Made by a program: the position numbers and the translations under genes. Shown here in pieces: positions 1 to 9,598 of a stretch of 64,000 nt of DNA. How positions within the stretch are numbered: the stretch's first letter is position 1; the number at the start of each line of letters is the position of its first letter. The DNA is from Planctomycetota bacterium (GTDB taxonomy: Bacteria; Planctomycetota; B15-G4; JADJEK01), in NCBI GenBank assembly GCA_044225365.1, contig JBGAIQ010000006.1:64001-128000 (forward strand), written 5' to 3'. The notes beneath the pieces were generated by a model. The model was not told the DNA's origin. It worked only from the letters and a program-made list of their open reading frames with translations, and did no database searches.

Positions 1-1
1 G

Positions 2-1294
2 GAGGTCTACTCGTTCAGCACGTACGAGACGGGCATCACACTCATGCTGCTGCACGACCTGCCCGCGAATCCGCGCAATCAGACCGCGATCGAGACGCTC
101 GCGCGCTACCTCGTCGAGAAGTTCGATCGTGGCGCTCGGATGTGGGCGTATCCGCTCGGAGCACCCGATCTCTCCAACACGCAATACGCGCTCCTCGGTC
201 TGCGCGCCGCCGCACAGCGCGGATTCAAGCCCACCGCCTACAAGGACGTGCTCGCGCAATCGCTCCTCGGGATCCTCTCGTGTCAGCGCAAGAACGGCGG
301 ATTCGCCTACAAGCCGAACGAATTTTCGCGGTCCTCGATGACCGTGGCCGCGCTCGCGCTCATCAAGTTCCTCGGCGACGAGCTCGGAGATTATGGCGGC
401 GCATCGAAGGACCTCGCGCGCGCGAAGAAGGCCGTGAAGCCGGCGCAGGATTGGCTCGCCGAGAACTGGTCGGTCGACGATCTGCGCGAAGGACTCGCTC
501 GCCGTCCAGGTGGTTTCTACTTCTACTACATGTATGGACTCGAACGGTACGCGGCGTTCTATGGCCTGAAGGAGATCGCGGGCCACCGCTGGTATCAAGA
601 CGGCGCCGAAGCCCTGCTCGCGATGCAGAACGACGACGGCGGGTTCGGCACCGCGATCGAAGACACTTGCTTCGCCATTCTCTTCTTGCAGAAGGCGACG
701 CTCACGGGCCCGAGCGAGCGGACCGGCTCCGCCGATGGCGACAATGCGGCCGTCGCGCCGCGCAAGCCGCCCGCACCTGCTCCCGACGCGGGGATTCCGT
801 TCCTTCGCGAATGGCTCCTGCTCGGTCCCTACGCGCAGACCGACGACGACGATGCGCTCGTCGTCGACGCGATCGGCGAGACGAAGGTGCATCCCGCCGG
901 CGGGAAGACGGCCAAGGGTGGCAAGTGGGTTCGCTACGTGGCGCCGTCCGACGAAGTCGACTTCGCAAAAGCGCTTGCGCCAAACGGTGGCGTGCCGCTC
1001 GACAAGGTCGCCGCCTATGCGGGCGGATACCTCGTCGCCGATCGCGATGGCGACGCCCGACTCTGGTTCGATTCCGACGACGGTATACGCGTCTTCGTCA
1101 ACGGCACGATGGTGCTCGAAGATCATCATCACGACGGCAAGAACGGCATGCACGTCGACGTGAAGCTGAAGAAGGGCCAGAACCTCGTGCTGCTGAAGGT
1201 CGAGAACGTCGGGTACTACTGGCACTTCAAGGCGCAGGTCACCGACATCGAGAACCACGCGATCGCCGGGGTCGGTTTCACCACGCGACCGTGA
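2..1294 (+). CDS. 5'-truncated protein: prenyltransferase/squalene-oxidase-like alpha-alpha toroid repeats plus a C-terminal PA14-like domain
   Basis: Frame is open from the window edge (EVYSFSTYETG...). Motifs DLSNTQYALLGL, CQRKNGGFAY, YYMYGLER, QNDDGGFG; C-terminal WLLLGPY...SDDGIRVFVNG...LKKGQNLVLLKV. Confidence 0.7.
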   Translation, partial: EVYSFSTYETGITLMLLHDLPANPRNQTAIETLARYLVEKFDRGARMWAYPLGAPDLSNTQYALLGLRAAAQRGFKPTAYKDVLAQSLLGILSCQRKNGGFAYKPNEFSRSSMTVAALALIKFLGDELGDYGGASKDLARAKKAVKPAQDWLAENWSVDDLREGLARRPGGFYFYYMYGLERYAAFYGLKEIAGHRWYQDGAEALLAMQNDDGGFGTAIEDTCFAILFLQKATLTGPSERTGSADGDNAAVAPRKPPAPAPDAGIPFLREWLLLGPYAQTDDDDALVVDAIGETKVHPAGGKTAKGGKWVRYVAPSDEVDFAKALAPNGGVPLDKVAAYAGGYLVADRDGDARLWFDSDDGIRVFVNGTMVLEDHHHDGKNGMHVDVKLKKGQNLVLLKVENVGYYWHFKAQVTDIENHAIAGVGFTTRP

Positions 1295-1300
1295 TTCGCA

Positions 1301-2020
1301 TCACCAGCCGGTCGAGTAGCGACGGAAGCTGCGGCCGCGATCGAACAGGCGAACGTCGCGATACTTGAACCACGGGATCAGGGCGGCCCCGACGAGAAAG
1401 CCCCCGAAGTGCGCCCACCAGGCGATATTGCTCTCGTGATTCGCGTTCAGGATGTTGAGGGCCTGGGCCGCGAACCAGTAGCCGAGGAAGATCCACGCCG
1501 GCAGATCGATCCACGTGACGAAGACGAGCAGGAACAGGAGGGCGCGGATGTTGGCGAACGGATGCAGCACGAAGTAGGCCCCGAGCACTCCGCTGATCGC
1601 GCCGCTCGCGCCGATCATTGGCTCGACGGAGTCGGGATGCGCGATGACGTGCGTCATCGCCGCCGCCACTCCCGAGAGCAAATAGAAGACGAGGAAGCGC
1701 ACCGATCCCATCGCGTCCTCGACGTTGTTGCCGAAGATCCACAGGAACAGCATGTTTCCGAGCAGATGACTCCACCCGCCATGAAGGAACATGCTCGTGA
1801 TGAGCGTGGCCCAGGGCGGGATGTGCGCGAGCGACCGGCCGAGTTTGGCGTGGCCCAGGACCACCTCGGGGATCGCACCATAGGAATGCACGGCGAGGAG
1901 AAGCGATCGGTCGTGCAGGGAGAGCTGCCAGGCAAAGATGGCACAGCATGCAAGAACGAGGCCGATCGTCACGATCGGAACGCTGCGCGTCGGATTGTTG
2001 TCGGTGATCGGAAGCAGCAC
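1301..2020 (-). CDS. rhomboid family intramembrane serine protease
   Basis: SMFLHGGWSHLLGNM, catalytic GASGA, AWWAHFGGF. Start moved to the GTG at 2020 (MLLPITDNNP). Confidence 0.93.
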   Translation of the reverse strand: MLLPITDNNPTRSVPIVTIGLVLACCAIFAWQLSLHDRSLLLAVHSYGAIPEVVLGHAKLGRSLAHIPPWATLITSMFLHGGWSHLLGNMLFLWIFGNNVEDAMGSVRFLVFYLLSGVAAAMTHVIAHPDSVEPMIGASGAISGVLGAYFVLHPFANIRALLFLLVFVTWIDLPAWIFLGYWFAAQALNILNANHESNIAWWAHFGGFLVGAALIPWFKYRDVRLFDRGRSFRRYSTGW

Positions 2021-2169
2021 GGTCGGCCTGGTCCTATCGCGTGAGCCAACACAGAAAGGCGTTGCGAGAATAGCATTCCCTCGCGAACGCGGAACAACTG
2101 CGATCCGCCACTTGCTCGCGCAGTGGCTCGCGTGCTCCGAAACGATCCGATATGTTGGTTCGCTCGAAC

Positions 2170-2865
2170 ATGGCGGAAACGACACCCGATTCACTCGCTG
2201 GCTGGCGACTCTTCGACGCGGAATTTGCGATCGGTGGCGAGCGGTATTCTCTCGAGTTGATCGATCAGGACTACGTGATCGATCGCCTCATCGCGGAGAA
2301 TGCCGATCTCGAACAGCGCAATCCGTACTTCGGTCTCGTCTGGCCGTCGGCGATCGCGCTCGCCCGCGAGATCGCCGTGCGCGACGACTTCGCTGGGAAG
2401 CGCGTACTCGATATCGGCTGCGGGCCGGGTCTCCTCGGAATCGTCGCAGCGAAGCGCGGCGCGTTGGTCACGTTCGTCGACCTGATGCCCGAGAGCATTG
2501 CACTGACGAAACGCAACGCCGCTCGCTGCGGGATCACCGGCGAATTCCTTCATGCCGACCTAAGGGACGACAAGGCCTTCAAGACGAAATTCGATCGCAT
2601 CGTCGCGAGCGACGTCCTCTACGAACGACCTCTCGCATCCGCGATGCTGGACGCGATCGAGAACCACCTTGAACCCCACGGTGTGGCGATCCTCACCGAT
2701 CCCATGCGCCCAACCGCCCACGAATTCGCTCATCATTCCCGCCGCCGCGGGTTCGAAGTGGAAGAGCGTCGGACGAACATCGAAGATGAAGGCCGCAACG
2801 TGTCGATAAGGATCTTCGAGATGCGCCGCGCCGGCTCGAAGATCTCGAGCGCCGCGGGGAGATGA
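2170..2865 (+). CDS. class I SAM-dependent methyltransferase (METTL21/family-16-like)
   Basis: VWPSAIALA, VLDIGCGPGL, DRIVASDVLY motifs. Confidence 0.88.
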   Translation: MAETTPDSLAGWRLFDAEFAIGGERYSLELIDQDYVIDRLIAENADLEQRNPYFGLVWPSAIALAREIAVRDDFAGKRVLDIGCGPGLLGIVAAKRGALVTFVDLMPESIALTKRNAARCGITGEFLHADLRDDKAFKTKFDRIVASDVLYERPLASAMLDAIENHLEPHGVAILTDPMRPTAHEFAHHSRRRGFEVEERRTNIEDEGRNVSIRIFEMRRAGSKISSAAGR

Positions 2866-2872
2866 ATCGTTC

Positions 2873-4117
2873 ATGGTCGATGCCCGCAGGATCGGTCTCT
2901 TCGTCGTCGTCACGTCGATGTTTGCGCTGGCCGCACTACCCGGTCCGCGCAACTCCAATGAGGCGATCGATAGCGACGTGCTTCCGGAGCTGCTGAAACG
3001 CAACTCCGCGAAGTTCGGGACCGTTCTCGCGAACCCGGCGAAGTACCGGATGCAGATCCTCGTTTCGGAGGTGGTCGAGAGTGGCGGTGGCGCGAGGCTC
3101 AAGCGCTTCGGTTACCGCGTCGACGCCGAGTACTTCTATCCGGCGAGCGCGATCAAGACGTGCGCCGCCGTGGCTGCACTGCAGTGCGTGTCGCAGTTGC
3201 GACACGATCACGGCCCCGACGTCGGCATCGACACACCGCTGCGGTTCGAACCGTTGTTCGAGGGTCAGAAGGTCGAAGAGGTCGATCCATCGAACGTCGG
3301 CAAGAAGACGATCACGGTCGGACACGAGATCCGCAAACTGTTCCTCGTTTCCGACAACGACTCGTTCAATCGCCTCTACGACCTCGTAGGACACAAGGAA
3401 CTGAACCAGGCGATGTGGGAGGCGGGACTCGACTCGGTGAGGATCCGCCATCGACTCTCCGTATCCCGGTCGCCGTCCGACAATCTGCGGACGCGGCGGG
3501 TCGAATTCCTCCTCGGAGACTCGACGTCGATCGATGTCCCCGAACGGACGAGCGACCTGAAGCTCGACCTCAACACCGAAGGGGGTGTCGATGTCGGTGA
3601 GGGGTACTTCCAGGGTGGATCGCTGAAGCACTCACCCATGTCGTTCGCCGACAAGAACCGCATCTCCCTCGTCGATCTCCAGGACCTTCACGTGATGATC
3701 CTGCGCCCGGACGTGCGATTCTCCGACAAGAAGGGACTCGACCTCGGTGATTCCGATCGCGAATTCCTGAAGAAGGCGATGTCCGAATACGCCGCGGAGT
3801 CGACGAATCCCGTCTACGACGAAGCGACCCATCCCGACGACTACGTGAAGTTCCTCCTCCACGGCCTCATGCGCGTCGCTCCGAAACAAGACCTCGTGAT
3901 CTACGACAAGGTCGGCCTCGCCTACGGCTTTACGGTCGAGAACGCCTACGTCGTGAACAAGCGCACCGGCAAGTCCTTCTTCCTCACCGCCACCCTCTAC
4001 ACCAACGACGACGGTATCCTGAACGACGACCAGTACGGCTACGACGCAATCGCGTTCCCGTTCTGGCGAGACCTTGGTGAGGTGATCGCGCGATGGCGTT
4101 GGGAAGACAGCAACTGA
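2873..4117 (+). CDS. exported serine hydrolase, class A beta-lactamase-like fold
   Basis: Signal peptide; SxxK (PASAIK), SDN and KVG motifs. Confidence 0.8.
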   Translation: MVDARRIGLFVVVTSMFALAALPGPRNSNEAIDSDVLPELLKRNSAKFGTVLANPAKYRMQILVSEVVESGGGARLKRFGYRVDAEYFYPASAIKTCAAVAALQCVSQLRHDHGPDVGIDTPLRFEPLFEGQKVEEVDPSNVGKKTITVGHEIRKLFLVSDNDSFNRLYDLVGHKELNQAMWEAGLDSVRIRHRLSVSRSPSDNLRTRRVEFLLGDSTSIDVPERTSDLKLDLNTEGGVDVGEGYFQGGSLKHSPMSFADKNRISLVDLQDLHVMILRPDVRFSDKKGLDLGDSDREFLKKAMSEYAAESTNPVYDEATHPDDYVKFLLHGLMRVAPKQDLVIYDKVGLAYGFTVENAYVVNKRTGKSFFLTATLYTNDDGILNDDQYGYDAIAFPFWRDLGEVIARWRWEDSN

Positions 4118-5469
4118 TCGTCGCCCTGGTTCTTTGCCTCGGCCTCCCGCTCGCCCGCGCGAGCGACTCCGACCCGCAGAAATCGATTCCCCCGGTCCCC
4201 GCCCCGCGTCAGCTCGCCTGGCAAGAGCTCGAGTATTGCGCGTTCTTCCACTTCGGGATCAACACGTTCACCGATCGCGAATGGGGCGAGGGCAGCGAGA
4301 GCGAGAAGCTCTTCGATCCGAAGGAACTGGACTGCAAGCAATGGGTGAAGGTCGCGAAGGACGCCGGCATGAAGGGCGTCATCCTCACCGCGAAGCACCA
4401 CGACGGATTCTGCCTCTGGCCCTCGAAGTGGACCGAGCACTCGGTGAAGAACTCGCCCTGGAAGGACGGCAAGGGCGACGTGGTGCGCGAGCTGTCCGAC
4501 GCGTGCCATGAAGCCGGCATGAAATTCGGCGTGTACCTCTCGCCCTGGGACCGCAACCAGCCTTGCTACGGCGACTCCGACAAATACAACGACTACTACG
4601 TGGCTCAGCTCACCGAGCTGCTCACGAACTACGGCGAGATCTTCGAGGTTTGGTTCGACGGCGCGTGCGGCGAAGGGCCGAACGGCAAGAAGCAGGTCTA
4701 CGACTGGAAACGCTATATCGAAACGGTCCGCAAGCTGCAGCCGAACGCCGTGATGTTCTCCGATGCAGGACCGGACGTTCGCTGGGTCGGCAACGAGAAC
4801 GGCTTCGCGGGCGAGACCTGCTGGTCGATGTTGAAGCGTGACAAGTTCTATCCGGGAACGCCGGACTACAAGGAACTGACGACGGGACACAGCGACGGTG
4901 ACTACTGGGTGCCCGCCGAATGCGACGTATCGATTCGTCCGGGATGGTTCTATCACCAGGCCGAAGACGACAAGGTGAAGTCGGTCGATGACCTGATGAA
5001 GATCTGGTACGGCTCGGTCGGCCGCAACGGATCCCTCCTCCTCAACATCCCGCCCGATCGCCGCGGCCTCGTCAACGAGCACGATGTCGCGCGGCTAATG
5101 GAGTTCAGGGAACGCCGAGACTCGACGTTCCAAAGAGACCTCGCCAAGAACGCTCCAACATCCTACGACAAGAAGGATGACGACGGGGGTGAACGGACCC
5201 TCGAGATCCGGTTCGAACACGAATGCCGCATCGACCACGTCGTGATCGCGGAAGACATCTCGCGTGGTCAGCGGGAAACGATGGTGGAGATCGAGATTCC
5301 TCGATCGGAGTCGAACGCCAGTCGCGATCGAGTCGCCTCGGGCACGACGATCGGTCATAAGCGCATCTTCCAGTTCAAGCCCGTAATGACGAACATCGTC
5401 TACGTGCGCTTGGGCCAGACATTGCGTGGACCCCACGCAATCGCGTCCGTTCAAGTGTACGGCCCGTAA
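4093..5469 (+). CDS. alpha-L-fucosidase (GH29)
   Basis: Signal peptide; FFHFGINTF, TAKHHDGFCLWPS, GVYLSPWD, EVWFDGA, PAECDVSIRPGWFYH, SVGRNGSLLLNIPP. Confidence 0.95.
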   Translation: MALGRQQLIVALVLCLGLPLARASDSDPQKSIPPVPAPRQLAWQELEYCAFFHFGINTFTDREWGEGSESEKLFDPKELDCKQWVKVAKDAGMKGVILTAKHHDGFCLWPSKWTEHSVKNSPWKDGKGDVVRELSDACHEAGMKFGVYLSPWDRNQPCYGDSDKYNDYYVAQLTELLTNYGEIFEVWFDGACGEGPNGKKQVYDWKRYIETVRKLQPNAVMFSDAGPDVRWVGNENGFAGETCWSMLKRDKFYPGTPDYKELTTGHSDGDYWVPAECDVSIRPGWFYHQAEDDKVKSVDDLMKIWYGSVGRNGSLLLNIPPDRRGLVNEHDVARLMEFRERRDSTFQRDLAKNAPTSYDKKDDDGGERTLEIRFEHECRIDHVVIAEDISRGQRETMVEIEIPRSESNASRDRVASGTTIGHKRIFQFKPVMTNIVYVRLGQTLRGPHAIASVQVYGP

Positions 5470-5563
5470 AGGCGGCTTCTGTGCCTCCGCCCGAGGACCG
5501 TCAACATCGGTCCAAGCATCGTCGTGTATGCTCCTTCCAGTCACCGGACGAAGGAGCGCAGCG

Positions 5564-6265
5564 ATGGACTCGGCGGACTCGGGCATTCGTACGCGATTCG
5601 CGTGGATCGAGCGAGGCGCGTTCATCGCGCTCCTCGCCGTCACTTTGTATTTCGGCGCCGTGAATCGCCCGATCGCGGCCGTGAGGGCGTCCGGTGGTTA
5701 CCAGTCTCCCCTGTCGCCGGCCCTCCATCAAACTCGCGGCAACAACGATTTGCTCGTCACGCAGCGACTCATCGATCCCGAGCTCGGGGATCTTCTCGCG
5801 GTCGCCGGACGTGAGCTCGATGATTTCGCCGTCGACATCGGGCGGCCGCTTCGGCGCGCTCGCATGTCCTACGAAGTCTGGCGCGACGGCAAGTTCGTCC
5901 ACGAACGCGAACTCATGAACGTCGAGAAACCGAACGCGATCGAGCGGATCGTCCTCGCTCTCGATCCCGCGAGCCTCGACGTGCTGCGTCTACGAGCACG
6001 CGTGCGGTATAAGCACGAGAGAGGACGAATCTGGTCGTGCGACCACGCGCTCGACCTCGGCGGCGACGGACGACTCCCGACTCGCTTCTTCACTCACAAT
6101 CCCGAAACTGCCCTGGTCGCAAAAGCGGATCGCCCGATCGAGACCAAGTTGCTGACCGCCGTGTTCTGCGATTACCCGTTGTCGAATGCGGATGACGTCG
6201 TTCCCAATGGCAAGAGTTCGCTCGCGATCGTCGTGAAGCTCACGCTCGATCTCGCGAACGAATAG
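5564..6265 (+). CDS. hypothetical membrane-anchored protein
   Basis: AAGGAG upstream of ATG 5564; N-terminal hydrophobic helix; fills the gap between co-oriented genes. Confidence 0.6.
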   Translation: MDSADSGIRTRFAWIERGAFIALLAVTLYFGAVNRPIAAVRASGGYQSPLSPALHQTRGNNDLLVTQRLIDPELGDLLAVAGRELDDFAVDIGRPLRRARMSYEVWRDGKFVHERELMNVEKPNAIERIVLALDPASLDVLRLRARVRYKHERGRIWSCDHALDLGGDGRLPTRFFTHNPETALVAKADRPIETKLLTAVFCDYPLSNADDVVPNGKSSLAIVVKLTLDLANE

Positions 6266-6275
6266 AGAATTTCAC

Positions 6276-7892
6276 ATGCGCCATCATCTCCAGCACCCAG
6301 CCGCATCGTTCGTCACCGTCTCCCTCCTGATCGGGGCGAGCGCTTCCGCGCAAGAGCACACGGTTCTGTGGTCGAACTCCGAGGCAGCGGCGAACGCGGG
6401 CTACGGACGGTCGGTCGTCTCGATCGGTGACATCGATGGCGATGGCTCCGACGACGTGGCCGTCGCGGCTCCGTTTCTCGCGACCGCGGCGGGCTCGGGC
6501 GTCATTCGTTTGCTCTCGGGCTCGAACGGAGCGCTGATCTCGCAGATCACTCCGCCGGGAACCGATGCGTTTGGTTTCGGCGACCGTCTCGCCGTCGCGG
6601 GAGACGTGGACGGCGACGGCGCCATCGACTTGATCACGCAGTCGTCTCCATCGAGTCCGGGTCACGACATCTGGATCTTGCGACTCGACGGTTCGCTGAT
6701 CCGAAAGCACTCGGGGAACTTCGATTTCGGCCGTCAGGTCGCAGGCGGGTACGACGTGAACGGCGACGGACGCGACGACTACGCGATCGGCAATAGCGCG
6801 GGCCCACTCCTCGAAGTCTTCGTCGGCAGTATCGAAATCCACTCGGGTGCGAGCGGTGCTCAATTGTGGAAGACGGGTTTCGGCGATCAGAATGTCGGCA
6901 ACACCGTCGACAATTGGCCCGTTCTCCTCACGGGCGACCTCAATGGCGATGGAAAGTCCGAGTTCGCGATGGGCTTCACGGGCGCGATCACGGGAGTGAT
7001 CGGTGCCGGAATGGTCCGCGTGTGGTCGGGCGCCACGGGAACGCAATTGAAACAGTTCTCCGGTCTGCTCGCGGGAAGCGATTTCGGGGGCTCGCTCGCG
7101 GATCTCGGCGACGTGAACCTCGACGGCACGAACGATTTCGGCATCGGGCAGACGAACGGCAGCCTCTCGGCGGTGGGAACCATCGTCTCCGGCAAGTCGC
7201 TCAGCGTGCTGTTCACCATCCCGAAGACCAACGCCGTCGTCGGCCCGGCGGGCGACGCCGACCATGACGGATTCCCCGACGTGGTCGTGACGCCCGTTTC
7301 CGGTTCGTCGAGCTTCCCGGCGATCCACTCGGGGAAGGATCAGAAGGTGCTCTACACCTTCACCAATGGCGTGTTCGGCTCGAAGTGGGGATTCGATCGT
7401 CTCGGAGACGTCGACGGCGACGGCTACGCGGACCTCGCCGTTGGACAGCCCATCGGACCCGGGGGAGGACTCGTCAAGGCCTACTCGGGATGCCCGTCGT
7501 CGGTGATTCCGATCGTCACCGCCTGCGCCGGCAGCGGTGGCTTCACACCGAGTCTGACCGAGAACGGCTGCTTCGATGCGAACTCGCTGGTCTCGCTCTC
7601 GCTTTCGAACGCCCTCGGCGGCGCGGCCGCGATGCTCTTCGTCGGCACCACCGCGCCTGGCGGCGGCACGGTCTCACAAGGTTGCTTCTTCCAGTGCGGT
7701 GCTCCCGCGATCCCGCTGTTCGCGACGATACTGTCCGGCAGCGGCGCAGGTCAAGGCGCGTGGTCGGCCACGTTCCCAGTGCACGCACTCACACCCACGG
7801 CGATCCGCACGCAGTTCGTAATCGCGGATCCCGCGAAAGCGAGTGGTCTCGTCGTCAGCAATTCGCTGACGATCACGATCTCCACCTACTGA
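6276..7892 (+). CDS. exported FG-GAP/integrin-alpha repeat beta-propeller protein
   Basis: Signal peptide; repeated GDxDGDGxxD Ca-binding motifs; C-terminal beta-sandwich-like tail. Confidence 0.9.
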   Translation: MRHHLQHPAASFVTVSLLIGASASAQEHTVLWSNSEAAANAGYGRSVVSIGDIDGDGSDDVAVAAPFLATAAGSGVIRLLSGSNGALISQITPPGTDAFGFGDRLAVAGDVDGDGAIDLITQSSPSSPGHDIWILRLDGSLIRKHSGNFDFGRQVAGGYDVNGDGRDDYAIGNSAGPLLEVFVGSIEIHSGASGAQLWKTGFGDQNVGNTVDNWPVLLTGDLNGDGKSEFAMGFTGAITGVIGAGMVRVWSGATGTQLKQFSGLLAGSDFGGSLADLGDVNLDGTNDFGIGQTNGSLSAVGTIVSGKSLSVLFTIPKTNAVVGPAGDADHDGFPDVVVTPVSGSSSFPAIHSGKDQKVLYTFTNGVFGSKWGFDRLGDVDGDGYADLAVGQPIGPGGGLVKAYSGCPSSVIPIVTACAGSGGFTPSLTENGCFDANSLVSLSLSNALGGAAAMLFVGTTAPGGGTVSQGCFFQCGAPAIPLFATILSGSGAGQGAWSATFPVHALTPTAIRTQFVIADPAKASGLVVSNSLTITISTY

Positions 7893-8941
7893 CGATCGCG
7901 CGCGAGCCCCGTGACGATTCGCTTCACGAGGCCGGGCCCCTCGTAGACGAGCGCCGAATAGAGCTGGAGCAGCGTCGCGCCGGCGTCGAGCTTCGCCTTG
8001 GCGGTGTCGACGTCGCGGATCCCGCCCACGCCGATGATCGGTAGCTTGCCGTTCGTGCGTTTGGCGAGGTGCGCGATCACCTCCGTCGCCCGCTTCTCGA
8101 GCGGCGCGCCGGAGAGTCCGCCTGTCTCGGAGTACACCGTGCGGCACTGCGCGTCCTTGGTCTCTGGCCGGGCGATGGTCGTGTTCGTCGCCACGATGCC
8201 GGCGAGCCGTCGCGGTTCGACGAGTTCGAGGATCTCGTCGAGCGCGTCAAACGAGAGGTCCGGCGCCACCTTCACGAGGATCGGACGCGGCTTCTCGCGG
8301 CGGCCGTTGATCGCTTGGATCGCTTCGAGGATCGAGTCGAGCGCGGCACGGTCCTGGAGTTGTCGCAGGTTCGGCGTGTTCGGCGAGCTCACGTTGACGA
8401 CGAAGAAGTCGGCATGGTCGGCGAGCGCGGCGAAGCTCTGCGAGTAATCGCTCGCGGCTTCTTCGAGCGGCGTAATCTTGCTCTTTCCGAGGTTGACGCC
8501 CACCGGATGGTCCGGCCACATTCCGCACTCTCGCCACGCGCGAAGCGTCCTGGCGAGAGCGGGTGCACCGCCATTGTTGAAACCCATCCGATTCACGATC
8601 GCACGATCCGCGATCGCCCGGAACATGCGCGGCTTGGGATTGCCGTCCTGCGCGTGCCACGTGACTCCGCCCACCTCGCAGAATCCGAACCCGAGCGCCG
8701 CCCACGCCGGCAGCGCGATGGCGCGCTTGTCGAGCCCCGCCGCCACTCCGACGCGGTTCGAGAACCGCAGCCCCATCGCTTCGACTGGATTCGAGTCCAC
8801 CCCATGCAGGGCACGAACGAGGGCGAGCACGCTCGCGTGCCGCGCCGCGAACGCGAGACTCGCGAGCGCGAAGTCATGCGCACGTTCGCAATCCTGCATG
8901 AACAGCAGGGGCCGGAGGAGCGAGCGGTAGAAGAAGCCCAT
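7886..8941 (-). CDS. pyrD: quinone-dependent dihydroorotate dehydrogenase
   Basis: GVAAGLDK, NRMGFNN, NLGKSK, VNVSSPNTP, KVAPD, ATNTT, GGLSG, IIGVGGI. Start MGFFYRS at 8941. Confidence 0.97.
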   Translation of the reverse strand: MGFFYRSLLRPLLFMQDCERAHDFALASLAFAARHASVLALVRALHGVDSNPVEAMGLRFSNRVGVAAGLDKRAIALPAWAALGFGFCEVGGVTWHAQDGNPKPRMFRAIADRAIVNRMGFNNGGAPALARTLRAWRECGMWPDHPVGVNLGKSKITPLEEAASDYSQSFAALADHADFFVVNVSSPNTPNLRQLQDRAALDSILEAIQAINGRREKPRPILVKVAPDLSFDALDEILELVEPRRLAGIVATNTTIARPETKDAQCRTVYSETGGLSGAPLEKRATEVIAHLAKRTNGKLPIIGVGGIRDVDTAKAKLDAGATLLQLYSALVYEGPGLVKRIVTGLARDRQ

Positions 8942-9010
8942 TGGAGTCCTTCTACAAAACTGCGCCGGGGCGCGTCGAGGCGAAGTCGTTGGCGCGTACG
9001 ATGCATGCCG

Positions 9011-9523
9011 ATGGATTCGAAGAAACGCACACGCAAGCCCGGCAACGGAGCGAGCGAGCGCAAAGCGCTCGAGCGGCACGTCGTCGAGGTCCAACGCACG
9101 ATCCGCTCCTGCGCGGGGTGCGGACTGTGTTGCACCGAGGCGTTCAACGCCGTTCAGATCCTTCCGATCGAGGCCGATCGGATCGCGAACCACCTGTTGG
9201 GCGAAGGTCCCGCGTCCGTCGCGAAGTGGGAGAAGCGCCTCGCCAGGACGGTGAAGAAGTACGGCCTCACCGACCATGCGAAGCCGCGCAAGTACACCTG
9301 TGCGTTCTTCGAGGCCGACTTCCGCTGCGCACTCCCGATCGACGTGAAGCCGATCGCCTGCCTCTCGTTCAATCCGATCCATGAGGACGCCTGCGACCAG
9401 GAGCCCGACTGGTACCACCGCGCGCACGCTGCCGTAGAGCAGTCGAATTCGGAGTCCCAACTCCGCAACGAGCTGCGCGCGATCCCGATCGCCGTCCAGG
9501 ACTCGTTGAAGCGCTCGCGCTGA
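9011..9523 (+). CDS. YkgJ-family cysteine-cluster (Zn/Fe-S) protein
   Basis: CAGCGLCC, CAFF...C, KPIAC motifs. Confidence 0.85.
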   Translation: MDSKKRTRKPGNGASERKALERHVVEVQRTIRSCAGCGLCCTEAFNAVQILPIEADRIANHLLGEGPASVAKWEKRLARTVKKYGLTDHAKPRKYTCAFFEADFRCALPIDVKPIACLSFNPIHEDACDQEPDWYHRAHAAVEQSNSESQLRNELRAIPIAVQDSLKRSR

Positions 9524-9598
9524 TCCCGGCGTATACTCCGCCACCCCACCCGACTCGAATCCTCGAGTCCAGAATCCCCGTCCCATCGCGGATCCGTC

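Noticed and set aside
2873-4117. Beta-lactam resistance genes (also 45350-46462)
   Set aside because: Only fold-level SxxK motifs; these are broad serine hydrolase families and resistance cannot be inferred.
6276-7892. FG-GAP protein as a eukaryotic integrin acquisition
   Set aside because: FG-GAP propellers are common in bacteria of this type, and the composition matches the host.
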